NCBI GenBank assembly: GCA_041174145.1
Contig: JBEDHL010000186.1
Coordinates: 596 to 64,595 of the forward strand
DNA: 64,000 bases
Source: Pseudomonadota bacterium
GTDB lineage: Bacteria > Pseudomonadota > Alphaproteobacteria > Acetobacterales > Acetobacteraceae
Direction: 5' to 3'
The translations under genes and the position numbers were made by a program. Numbering within the stretch: the first letter of the stretch is position 1; the number at the start of each line of letters is the position of its first letter. This document shows, in pieces, positions 28,821 through 40,765 of the stretch. Below the pieces are notes generated by a model. The model ran no database searches, was not told the origin of the DNA, and worked only from the letters and a program-made list of their open reading frames with translations.

Positions 28821-29560
28821 TGGCAACGCCGCGGGCATCTGACGCGCGGGAGAAGCGTTGCGGCGTTTGCGGCCATGAAAGCCGCCAGGCGCCGTTTCGC
28901 CCGCCCGTGCCGGAACAAGCGCCCGATCTGGATTTACGCCCGGGGGAGCCGGTGCGCTCCACCATGGCGCGCTGGCTGCAAGCCTGCTCGCATTGCGGCT
29001 ATGCCGCGCCTGATATCAGTGAAGCCCACCCTGCCGGGGCAGAGGCGGTGGCCGCCGCCCCCTATCGCGCGCTGATCGCCGATACATCCCACCCGGTTTT
29101 GGCGCGGCGCTTTTTGGCCTGGGCGCATGTGCTGGAAGAAACCGGCGCCTTGCACGCGGCGGCGGAAGCAACCTTGCACGCCGTTTGGGTGGCGGATGAT
29201 CTGAACCGCGATGATCTGGCGCGGCAATGGCGCCGCGAAGCCGTGGCGCTATGGCGCAGCGGCCCGGCACTTGATGCGGAACAGTCGGTGCGCGTGATTG
29301 ATGCTTTGCGCCGCGCTGGTGATTTCGCCGAGGCTGAGGCCGCTGCAACGGCCCTTGCCGCGACCAATCCGCCGGAGGCGGTGGCGCAAGTGACGGCCCT
29401 GGAAGCGCGGCTGATTGCGGCGGAAGATACGGGCCGGCATAGCATTGCATCGGCCCTCGCCCCCCCGGCGCGGCGGCCGCATGTGACGCATCAACCAAAA
29501 AAAAGGCCGCCCGAAGGGGGCGGCCTGAAATCCTGGCTGCGCAGGATATTCAAGGGTTAG
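28820..29560 (+). CDS. zinc-ribbon plus helical-repeat protein, function unknown (DUF2225-like by recollection)
   Basis: Two Cys pairs, C14-x2-C17 (CGVC) and C56-x2-C59 (CSHCGYAAPD), preceded by DLDLRP. An Ala-rich helical C-terminal half and a basic tail follow. The ATG shares one nt with the ppdK TAA (TAATG). Confidence 0.6.
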   Translation: MATPRASDAREKRCGVCGHESRQAPFRPPVPEQAPDLDLRPGEPVRSTMARWLQACSHCGYAAPDISEAHPAGAEAVAAAPYRALIADTSHPVLARRFLAWAHVLEETGALHAAAEATLHAVWVADDLNRDDLARQWRREAVALWRSGPALDAEQSVRVIDALRRAGDFAEAEAAATALAATNPPEAVAQVTALEARLIAAEDTGRHSIASALAPPARRPHVTHQPKKRPPEGGGLKSWLRRIFKG

Positions 29561-29892
29561 GCAGCGCGACCCGTCGGCAGCGCGCCATCATTGGCCGCTT
29601 GCAGGGCGAAGCCAGGTTCGAAAACGCGGCTGATTTCACCGCGCGCCAAGCCGATATCGGCCAATTGCTTGTCCGAAAGCTGGTCCAGCGCCTTGTAGGT
29701 ATCGCGCTTGGTGGGCCAGGTTGCGATGGCGGAAAGCACCGCGCCGATGCCGGCGCCGATCATGGTAAAGGCATGGCGGAAGGCCTGGGCGCGCGCGGCA
29801 TGGCGCGCAGCGGCGGCGTTCTGGTGGATAGCCTCAATCGTCGCGGCGCGGGCCGAGAGGCTGGTTTCGAGATTGGCGAAATGCGTGTTCAT
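29557..29892 (-). CDS. DUF1127 domain-containing protein
   Basis: DUF1127 signature LSDKQLADIGLARGEI near the C-terminus, with a hydrophobic segment FTMIGAGIGAVLSAIATW upstream. ATG at 29892 is preferred over the track start at 30162. Confidence 0.7.
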   Translation of the reverse strand: MNTHFANLETSLSARAATIEAIHQNAAAARHAARAQAFRHAFTMIGAGIGAVLSAIATWPTKRDTYKALDQLSDKQLADIGLARGEISRVFEPGFALQAANDGALPTGRAA

Positions 29893-30072
29893 GTTTAGCT
29901 TTCCTTTGCGGAGGCGCTGACCGATAGGGCAGCAACACTGTCCGATAGGCGATGATATAGAGGCTTCTGGGGCACAGGTGATGCGCGAAGACAACAGCAT
30001 AGCCATGCGTCTGACGCATGATTCCACAGAAAGCCATGCAACAATTGCGAAATATTTGGTCAGGAGCTGCTC

Positions 30073-31839
30073 ATGAACCGGGCTGAACGCTTGGGCGCCT
30101 TGCGCGCCGAACTCGCGCGGATGGGGGTGCAGGGCTTCCTGATCCCCCGCGCGGATGAGCATTTGGGGGAATATGTGCCGCGTTCGGCCGAAAGGCTGGC
30201 CTGGCTGACCGGTTTTACCGGCAGCGCTGGCTTGGCGATTGTTTTACCCCGTCAGGCGGCGGTGTTTTCCGATGGCCGCTATACGCTGCAAATCCGCAAC
30301 CAGATTGATGTCGCGCATTGGGAACCGCGCCATATCACCGAAGAACCGCCGGCGGAATGGTTGGCGGCCCATGCCGAAGGCCTGGTCATTGGCTATGACC
30401 CCTGGCTGCATAGCGAACCGGCGATTGAACGGCTGAAGCGCCCCGGCGTGACCTTTCGCGCGCTGACCGCGAACCCGATTGATGCGGTTTGGGCGGACAG
30501 GCCCCGCGCGCCAGAAGCGCCGGCGCGCGCGCATCCGCTTTCCTATGCCGGCAAGCCCTCGGTCGAAAAACGCAGCGAAGCCGCGGCGGAGCTGCGCGCG
30601 GCGGGCGAAGATGCGGTGGTGCTGGCCGATGCGCATTCCATCGCTTGGCTGCTGAATATTCGCGGCGGTGATTTGGACCATACGCCACTTGCGCTTGGCT
30701 TCGCGCTGTTGTTCGCGGATGGTGCGGTCTCATTATTCATGGAACCGGCGAAGCTGGATCACGACACGCGCGCGCATTTGGGCAATGCGGTGGCGATTGC
30801 GCCGCGTGATGCCATGCCGGCGGCGCTGGCTGCACTCAAGGGTAAGCGCGTGCGGATTGACCGGGAAGCGACGCCTTCCTGGTTCACCGATTGGCTGCGT
30901 GAAGCGGGTGCGGAAATCCGCGCCGGAGAAGACCCTTGCCGCATGCCGCGTGCCTGCAAAAATACAGTCGAGCAGGAAGGTGCGCGCGCCGCGCATCGGC
31001 GTGATGCGGTGGCCATGGCGCGCTTCCTGCGCTGGTTCGCCGCAGAAGCGCCGAAGGGGGGCTTGAATGAAATCTCCGCCGCCGCGCAATTGCTGGCGAT
31101 GCGGCGCGATGTGCCGCTGTTTCAGGCGGAGAGTTTCCCGGCGATCAGCGGCGCGGGCGAAAACGGCGCCATTGTGCATTACCGCGCGACGGAAGCGAGC
31201 CATCGCGCCATCCACCCGAATGAATGCTATTTGATTGATTCGGGCGGGCAATATCTGGATGGCACCACGGATATCACGCGCACGCTGTGGACCGGGCCAG
31301 GTGCGGCGCCGCAACGCTTGCGGGAATGCGTGACGCGTGTGTTGAAGGGGCATATTGCCCTGGCGACCTTGCGCTTCCCCGCCGGTGTTGCCGGGCCGCA
31401 TTTAGACGCGCTGGCGCGCCGCCCGTTATGGGATGCGGGGCTGGATTATGATCACGGCACGGGACACGGCGTTGGGTCTTATCTTTCAGTGCATGAAGGG
31501 CCGGCGGCCTTCAGCCGCGCCGCACGTGTGGTGGCTTTGGCTGAGGGCATGATTTTGTCCAATGAGCCCGGCTACTACGCTACAGGCGAATTTGGCATTC
31601 GGTTGGAAAACCTATTGCTGGTGCAGAAGGCAGAGATTGCCGGCGCGGCAAAACCGTTTCTGGAATTTGAAACGCTGACCTTGGCACCTTTCGACCGCGC
31701 TTTGATCGAACCTGCTTTGCTGACTGTGGCGGAGCGTGATTGGCTGAATGCCTATCATGCGCGTGTCGCGGCGGAAGTGGCGCCGATGCTGGATGCGGAA
31801 ACGGCGGCGTGGTTGCGAGCGGCCTGCGCGCCAATCTGA
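30073..31839 (+). CDS. aminopeptidase P family protein (M24B Xaa-Pro aminopeptidase)
   Basis: Creatinase-like N-domains plus an M24 catalytic domain with HGTGHGVGSYLSVHEGP and NEPGYY motifs. Confidence 0.88.
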   Translation: MNRAERLGALRAELARMGVQGFLIPRADEHLGEYVPRSAERLAWLTGFTGSAGLAIVLPRQAAVFSDGRYTLQIRNQIDVAHWEPRHITEEPPAEWLAAHAEGLVIGYDPWLHSEPAIERLKRPGVTFRALTANPIDAVWADRPRAPEAPARAHPLSYAGKPSVEKRSEAAAELRAAGEDAVVLADAHSIAWLLNIRGGDLDHTPLALGFALLFADGAVSLFMEPAKLDHDTRAHLGNAVAIAPRDAMPAALAALKGKRVRIDREATPSWFTDWLREAGAEIRAGEDPCRMPRACKNTVEQEGARAAHRRDAVAMARFLRWFAAEAPKGGLNEISAAAQLLAMRRDVPLFQAESFPAISGAGENGAIVHYRATEASHRAIHPNECYLIDSGGQYLDGTTDITRTLWTGPGAAPQRLRECVTRVLKGHIALATLRFPAGVAGPHLDALARRPLWDAGLDYDHGTGHGVGSYLSVHEGPAAFSRAARVVALAEGMILSNEPGYYATGEFGIRLENLLLVQKAEIAGAAKPFLEFETLTLAPFDRALIEPALLTVAERDWLNAYHARVAAEVAPMLDAETAAWLRAACAPI

Positions 31840-31845
31840 CGCGGA

Positions 31846-35639
<3,794 letters not shown>

Positions 35640-35657
35640 TGGCGCGCCGCCCGCTGA

Positions 35658-36500
35658 TCAGAAAATCTTGTTCAGCATCCGGCTGACAAAGCCAGGACGC
35701 TCACCACGGGCCTCAGCGCCGGAAGAAACCAGCAGCGCGTAGCTATCAGCATACCAATCACTGCCTGGATAATTATAGCCAAGCACCGCAGCGTTGCGGC
35801 GCGCTTCTTCGGTCAGGCCAAGGTCCAAATAAACTTCAACCAGCCGATGCAGTGCTTCCGGGACGTGATTCGTCGTCTGGAATTCTTCTACCACCCGGCG
35901 ATAGCGGCCAATGGCAGATTGATAAAGGCCCTGGCGTTGATAGAAGCGCCCAACCGTCATCTCCTTACCGGCCAAATGGTCTCGGCCCAGGTCAATCTTC
36001 AGCCGCGCATCGCGCGCATAGGCGCTATCGGGAAAGCGGTTGATCACTTCCTGCAAAGACGCCATGGCAATGGTGGTTTGGCGCTGATCACGCTGCGCAT
36101 CTGTGATTTGTTCATATTGGCAAAGCGCGCGCAGGTAATAGGCATAGGCGATATCACGATGCGCCGGGTGCAATTGAATGAAGCGATCAAGCGCGCCAAT
36201 CGCTTCCGTGTAGCGGTTGCGCAGGTAATCGCCATAAGCCGCCATCAGCTTCGCGCTGGTGGACCAGGTGGAATAGGGGTGTTCCCGTTCGATGGAATCG
36301 AAATATTCCACCGCGCGCGCGTAATTGCGGGCGCGCAGATTTTGCATGCCAAGCGCGTAAAGCGCTTGCGGTTCTTCATCCGCCGCATTCGCTGTCACGC
36401 GCCGGGTAAGGGAAGGGTCCGCGCCGGTACCGGGCGTTGGGGCGGAACTGCCACAAGCGGCCAGGGCAAGGAGTAGGGCTATGGGTAAGAAGCGGCGCAT
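35658..36500 (-). CDS. bamD: outer membrane protein assembly factor BamD
   Basis: Lipoprotein signal MRRFLPIALLLALAACGS and a TPR-like body. The lpxC-bamD-recN-ligA order is conserved. ATG at 36500 is preferred over the track start at 36650. Confidence 0.85.
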   Translation of the reverse strand: MRRFLPIALLLALAACGSSAPTPGTGADPSLTRRVTANAADEEPQALYALGMQNLRARNYARAVEYFDSIEREHPYSTWSTSAKLMAAYGDYLRNRYTEAIGALDRFIQLHPAHRDIAYAYYLRALCQYEQITDAQRDQRQTTIAMASLQEVINRFPDSAYARDARLKIDLGRDHLAGKEMTVGRFYQRQGLYQSAIGRYRRVVEEFQTTNHVPEALHRLVEVYLDLGLTEEARRNAAVLGYNYPGSDWYADSYALLVSSGAEARGERPGFVSRMLNKIF

Positions 36501-36582
36501 GATTCCTGGATCAACAGAAAGACACTGTCGATATAGGCCAGATTTGCCGTTGGTGAAATCGCCCGGCCGCAAGGACTGGATC

Positions 36583-37545
36583 TCAGGCGAAAGCCGGCGC
36601 CTTTTGTTTGGCCCGTAGCGCGCGGGCGGCTTCCGGCGCTGCCACCTCACCTACCATCCGCCAAGCAGTGCTATCGGCGAAAAGGGCGCGCAGCAGCTGG
36701 TTGTTCAGCGCATGGCCAGAACGGCTACCGGTAAAGCGGGCACGCAGAGGCGCACCGGCCAGGGCCAGATCACCCACCATATCCAGCATTTTGTGGCGGA
36801 CGAATTCATCCGGATGGCGCAGCCCGCCGGGGTTCAGGATATTTGGCCCATCCACCACCACGGCATTGGCAAGGCTGCCACCCAGGGCGAGGCCCGCCTG
36901 GCGCAGCCTTTCCACATCCTCGGCCAGGCCAAAGGTGCGCGCATCTGCCAGAATGGTGCGAAACGCGTCCGGGGTCAGGCGGAAGGTCATGGATTGATGG
37001 CCGATTGCCGTATTGGGGTAATCAATATCCAGCGCCGCATCCAGGGCGGCTTCGGCATTGGGGCGAAGCTCCGCAAAGGCGCCTTGGGCGTCTTCCACCC
37101 GAATGGGCCGCAGCACTTCAATCATTTGGCGTGGTGCCGCGCTGGTCAGCACGCCGGCGCATTCAATCAGGAACAGGAAGGGGGCGGCAGAGCCATCCAG
37201 AATGGGGATTTCCGGCCCATCCACTTCAATAATGGCGTCATCAATGCCGGCCCCGGCCAGCGCAGACATCACATGTTCAATGGTGCCAATGCGCGCTTCG
37301 GGCTTATCCGGATGGGCGATGGCGGTGCAAAGCCGGGTATCCACCACGTGATCAAACCGGGCCGGAATATCGACCCCGAGATCGCTGCGACGGAAGATAA
37401 TACCGGCACCAATAGCTGCCGGGCGGAGCGTGAGGGAGGCCCGCCGACCAGAATGCAGCCCATCACCCATGCACCCGATCGGGGCCTTGAGCGTCTTGCG
37501 CCGTCCATTCTCAGTTGGAAGAAAACCGTCCATCTCACCCTGCAA
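36583..37545 (-). CDS. lpxC: UDP-3-O-acyl-N-acetylglucosamine deacetylase
   Basis: RKTLKAPIGCMGDGLHSGRRASLTLRPA N-terminus and the FVRHKMLDMVGDLAL zinc/active-site region. Confidence 0.95.
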   Translation of the reverse strand: MQGEMDGFLPTENGRRKTLKAPIGCMGDGLHSGRRASLTLRPAAIGAGIIFRRSDLGVDIPARFDHVVDTRLCTAIAHPDKPEARIGTIEHVMSALAGAGIDDAIIEVDGPEIPILDGSAAPFLFLIECAGVLTSAAPRQMIEVLRPIRVEDAQGAFAELRPNAEAALDAALDIDYPNTAIGHQSMTFRLTPDAFRTILADARTFGLAEDVERLRQAGLALGGSLANAVVVDGPNILNPGGLRHPDEFVRHKMLDMVGDLALAGAPLRARFTGSRSGHALNNQLLRALFADSTAWRMVGEVAAPEAARALRAKQKAPAFA

Positions 37546-37751
37546 TTCCGGGCTGCGGGCAGCGCGAAAAGCCGCGCCACTAACAACCCATAATCACCTT
37601 CCCATGATCGAACGGCAAAGGCGATTCAAGCCTTGTTTCTGCATGTTTCTGTGTAACTATATGTTTTAATTGAATTGGTGCGGTGCAAAATGGGGCAAAA
37701 ACAAGGCTATCCGGGGCGGCGTGCCTTACGCCTGCTGTCGAAGGCTGGGCG

Positions 37752-38396
37752 TCATTCCCGGCGTAGAACCTGATCCACAAGCCGATCGGCCCAAGGGTTG
37801 CTGGAAAAACTCTGCCGCAGGGCGGCTTCGTCATAGGTGCCCTGCACCCATTCCAGGAACGGGATTTCGGGATTGGCCTGCTGAAAGACAGCGAAGCTTT
37901 CGAAGAAGGCGTCCAGAATCCCGGTGCGAGACGCCGCGACATGGCCATGGCGCAGCGAAAGCTGCGCCAAAGCTTCGGCCACTGGGCGGCCTTGCAGCAT
38001 CAGCCAAAGCCCGGCGGCAAGCCCGGTGCGATCCGCCCCGGATTTGCAATGGATCAGCGCCGGTTCGTCCATAGCCTGGAAAATCGCCGCCAGGCGCAGG
38101 ATGCGGTCCTTATGCGGCGCGCCGCGGCTTTCAAAAGGTGCATCGATATGGGCAAGGCCAAGGCGCGCAGCCTCTGCCCGGCTGAGCGCATCGGCACCGC
38201 AATCGGCGCGATTGCCGCGCAGATTGATCACGGTGCGGATGCCATGATGCCGCGCGGCCAGCCTTAGTTGCCAGGGCAGCGGGTGGTTGGATCGGTAAAG
38301 CCGGTCCGGTGCCACCACGCCCCAATTCCGCCAGCCCAGCCGCAGAATGGCGTGATCTATGAAAAGCGCATTGCCCCAGGCGGCGGCGGGGGTCAC
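37752..38396 (-). CDS. protein tyrosine / dual-specificity phosphatase family protein
   Basis: CX5R catalytic loop HCKSGADRTG. Confidence 0.75.
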   Translation of the reverse strand: MTPAAAWGNALFIDHAILRLGWRNWGVVAPDRLYRSNHPLPWQLRLAARHHGIRTVINLRGNRADCGADALSRAEAARLGLAHIDAPFESRGAPHKDRILRLAAIFQAMDEPALIHCKSGADRTGLAAGLWLMLQGRPVAEALAQLSLRHGHVAASRTGILDAFFESFAVFQQANPEIPFLEWVQGTYDEAALRQSFSSNPWADRLVDQVLRRE

Positions 38397-38402
38397 GCGT
38401 TG

Positions 38403-39374
38403 CTATTCCAGCCGCGCGCCGGAAACCCGCACCGCTTCCTGCCACATTGGCCGTTCGCGCTCTGCCCGGGCAAGCATTTCCTCTGGCGGTGACCATACGG
38501 CTTCCGCCCCCACGCGAATGAAGCGGTCCTTGACCGCTGGGTCGGCGACAATGCGCCGAAGCGCGGCATTGACCTTTTCAATGGCGATACGCGGTGTCCC
38601 GGCCGGAAAGACAAAGCCCTGCCAGGAAGACACCACGAAATTCGGCTGGCCCGCTTCGGCCATAGTCGGCACATCCGGCATGGTCGGCCAGCGTGTGGCG
38701 GAAGTAACCGCCAGCGCCCGCATCCGTCCTTCCTGAATCACCGGGACATAGGAAGCCAGATTATCGAGTGCGGAATCAAGATCACCCGACAGCATGGCGG
38801 GGATGATCTGCGCCGCACCGCGGAAGGGCACATGGGTGCCTTCCACCTTGGCACGTTCGGCAAAAAGCGCGCCGGTCAAATGCCCTGTGGTGCCAACGCC
38901 CGGTGAGCCATAGGTAAAGCCGCCACGCTTGGCACGCGCCCAGGCCGCAAAATCGGCCAGGCTGCGGGAAGGATTATGCTGGCTGGAAACCACCACCACA
39001 TTCGGCAAATCCCACGCAATACCAACCGGTACCAAATCCCGCGCGGGATTATAGGGCAGACGCGTATAGAGGTAGCTATTGATCACCAAATGGCCGACCG
39101 AAGCGATGCTCATGGTGTAGCCATCCGGTGTGGCTTTGGCCAAGGCATCCACCCCAATATTACCGCCGGCGCCGGGGCGGTTTTCGATAATGAAGTTTTG
39201 CCCAAGAATGGGTTGCAGCAATTCACAATAGAGCCGCACCAGCACATCCGTCGCCCCGCCGGGCGGCCAAGGCACAATCACCCGCACCGGGCGCAGCGGC
39301 CATTCGCCCTGAGCAAGGGCGATATTGGGTGCGGCCAGCAAGGCGGCGGCCAGTAAGGGGCGGCGAGCGATCAT
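38403..39374 (-). CDS. Bug-family (TctC-like) tripartite tricarboxylate transporter substrate-binding protein
   Basis: Signal peptide MIARRPLLAAALLAAPNIALAQ, then RVIVPWPPGGATD, ENRPGAGGNIG and YGSPGVGTTGHL, typical of Bug proteins. ATG at 39374 is used; the 5' 636 nt of the track ORF is spurious. No tctA/tctB is adjacent, so it is an orphan. Confidence 0.85.
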   Translation of the reverse strand: MIARRPLLAAALLAAPNIALAQGEWPLRPVRVIVPWPPGGATDVLVRLYCELLQPILGQNFIIENRPGAGGNIGVDALAKATPDGYTMSIASVGHLVINSYLYTRLPYNPARDLVPVGIAWDLPNVVVVSSQHNPSRSLADFAAWARAKRGGFTYGSPGVGTTGHLTGALFAERAKVEGTHVPFRGAAQIIPAMLSGDLDSALDNLASYVPVIQEGRMRALAVTSATRWPTMPDVPTMAEAGQPNFVVSSWQGFVFPAGTPRIAIEKVNAALRRIVADPAVKDRFIRVGAEAVWSPPEEMLARAERERPMWQEAVRVSGARLE

Positions 39375-39506
39375 GGGTGTTTCTCCGGCAAGGCGTGGGC
39401 CGCATATAGAAAGCCCAGGGCCGGCTTGCCAAGCGCGGCGGGCGCTTTCCCATTGGACAGGGCCTGCGGATGCGTCAATAATACTGTCCAAACGGGGATT
39501 GGGGCG

Positions 39507-40061
39507 ATGCCGACAAAGGGCAGCATGATGGCGGCGGAAATGGTAGAGGCGCGTGCCCTGCCGGCCGGGCGCAATCTGCTGTTTCTGCGCGAAGAAGAAC
39601 TCCGCCTTGCGCAGGATTTGCTTTTTTTCGGCTATCGCGATTTTACCGCTGGCGCGGATGAAATCCTCGCCACGCTCGATATGGGCCGGGCGCATCATCG
39701 GGTGCTGCATTTCGTGGGCCGCCGGCCTGGGATCACGGTTGGCGAATTGCTTGGCATCCTCAGCATCACCAAGCAAAGCCTGGGGCGCGTGCTGCAACCG
39801 CTGGTGAGTGATGGTTACGTGGTGCAGGCGCCCGGTGAGAATGATCGCCGGCAAAGGCGCCTGACCTTGACCGAAAAGGGTGTGGCGCTGGAACGGCGCC
39901 TGTTTGAACGCCAGCGTGAAACAGTGATGCGCGCCTATCGCGAAGCCGGGCCTGCGGCGGTGGAAGGCTTTCGCCGTGTCATGCGCGGGCTGATGGGTGA
40001 GGATGCGCAAGCCAGCCTCTCCCGGTTGGAAGGGTCAGAGGCGGAAGGCAACCGGCGATGA
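39507..40061 (+). CDS. MarR family transcriptional regulator
   Basis: Winged HTH region GITVGELLGILSITKQSLGRVLQPLVSDGYVVQAPGENDRRQRRLTLTEKG. The stop overlaps the response-regulator start (ATGA). The exact start is uncertain (39426 or 39507). Confidence 0.75.
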   Translation: MPTKGSMMAAEMVEARALPAGRNLLFLREEELRLAQDLLFFGYRDFTAGADEILATLDMGRAHHRVLHFVGRRPGITVGELLGILSITKQSLGRVLQPLVSDGYVVQAPGENDRRQRRLTLTEKGVALERRLFERQRETVMRAYREAGPAAVEGFRRVMRGLMGEDAQASLSRLEGSEAEGNRR

Positions 40062-40765
40062 GCGGCATGGACGATCCCGCGCATATTCTGGTGGTAGATG
40101 ATGATGCGCGGCTGCGCGCTTTGTTGCAGCGTTTTTTGACCGAGCAAGGCTTTCGCGTGAGCAGCGCGGAAAACGCCGCCGCCGCACGGACCACTTTGGC
40201 GGAGATGGCTTTCGATCTGCTGGTGCTGGATGTGATGATGCCCGGTGAGACGGGGTTGGAACTGACCAGTGCCTTGCGCCAACAAGGCCAGGATGTGCCG
40301 ATTCTGATGCTGACGGCCAATGGTGCGCCAGATGATCGCATCGCGGGGCTTGAAAGCGGCGTGGATGATTACCTGGCGAAGCCTTTCGATCCACGCGAAT
40401 TGGCGTTGCGCATCCGCACTATTCTGCGCCGCGCCGCGCCAGCGCCCGCCGCGCCACAAAGCCTGGCGCCGATGCAAATTGGCAATCGCTGGTTTGATAT
40501 TGAACGCGCCGAATTGCGCGGCCCTGATGGCATTATTCGCCTGACGGGTGGGGAAGCTTCCTTGCTGCAGGCCCTGGCGCGCCGCGCGGGCGAAATCCTG
40601 AGCCGAGAGGATATTGGCGAAGCGCTTGGCACGCCCGATGCCGGTGAACGCGCGATTGATGTGCAGGTAACAAGGCTTCGCCGCAAGGTGGAACCTGATC
40701 CGCGTGAGCCACGCTTCATTCAGACCATTCGCCATCGCGGCTATGTTTTAAGGCCGGGTCCGTGA
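40058..40765 (+). CDS. ompR: OmpR-family response regulator
   Basis: ILVVDDDARLRALLQRFLTEQGF and DDYLAKPFDPRELALRIRTILRR closely parallel enterobacterial OmpR. A winged-helix output domain is present. Confidence 0.75.
   Translation: MSGMDDPAHILVVDDDARLRALLQRFLTEQGFRVSSAENAAAARTTLAEMAFDLLVLDVMMPGETGLELTSALRQQGQDVPILMLTANGAPDDRIAGLESGVDDYLAKPFDPRELALRIRTILRRAAPAPAAPQSLAPMQIGNRWFDIERAELRGPDGIIRLTGGEASLLQALARRAGEILSREDIGEALGTPDAGERAIDVQVTRLRRKVEPDPREPRFIQTIRHRGYVLRPGP

Noticed and set aside
24193-28838. 653-aa and 800-aa minus-strand ORFs (24193..26154, 26436..28838)
   Set aside because: They are exactly antisense to glyS and ppdK, whose products are unmistakable. The translations are Arg/His/Gly/Ala-rich and domain-less. 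They are long only because stop codons are rare in the antisense frame of high-GC3 genes.
37546-37751. lpxC is not preceded by ftsZ (dcw cluster break), and there is a possible weak terminator for the phosphatase gene
   Set aside because: The synteny break cannot be evaluated without related genomes. The AAGGC...GCCTT stem before TTGTTTTTG has only 5 bp with a 15-nt loop, too weak to call.
39375-40010. N-terminal 212 aa of the 535-aa ORF 38403..40010
   Set aside because: The Bug-family protein begins with its signal peptide at ATG 39374. The extension runs antisense through the marR gene and has no motif.
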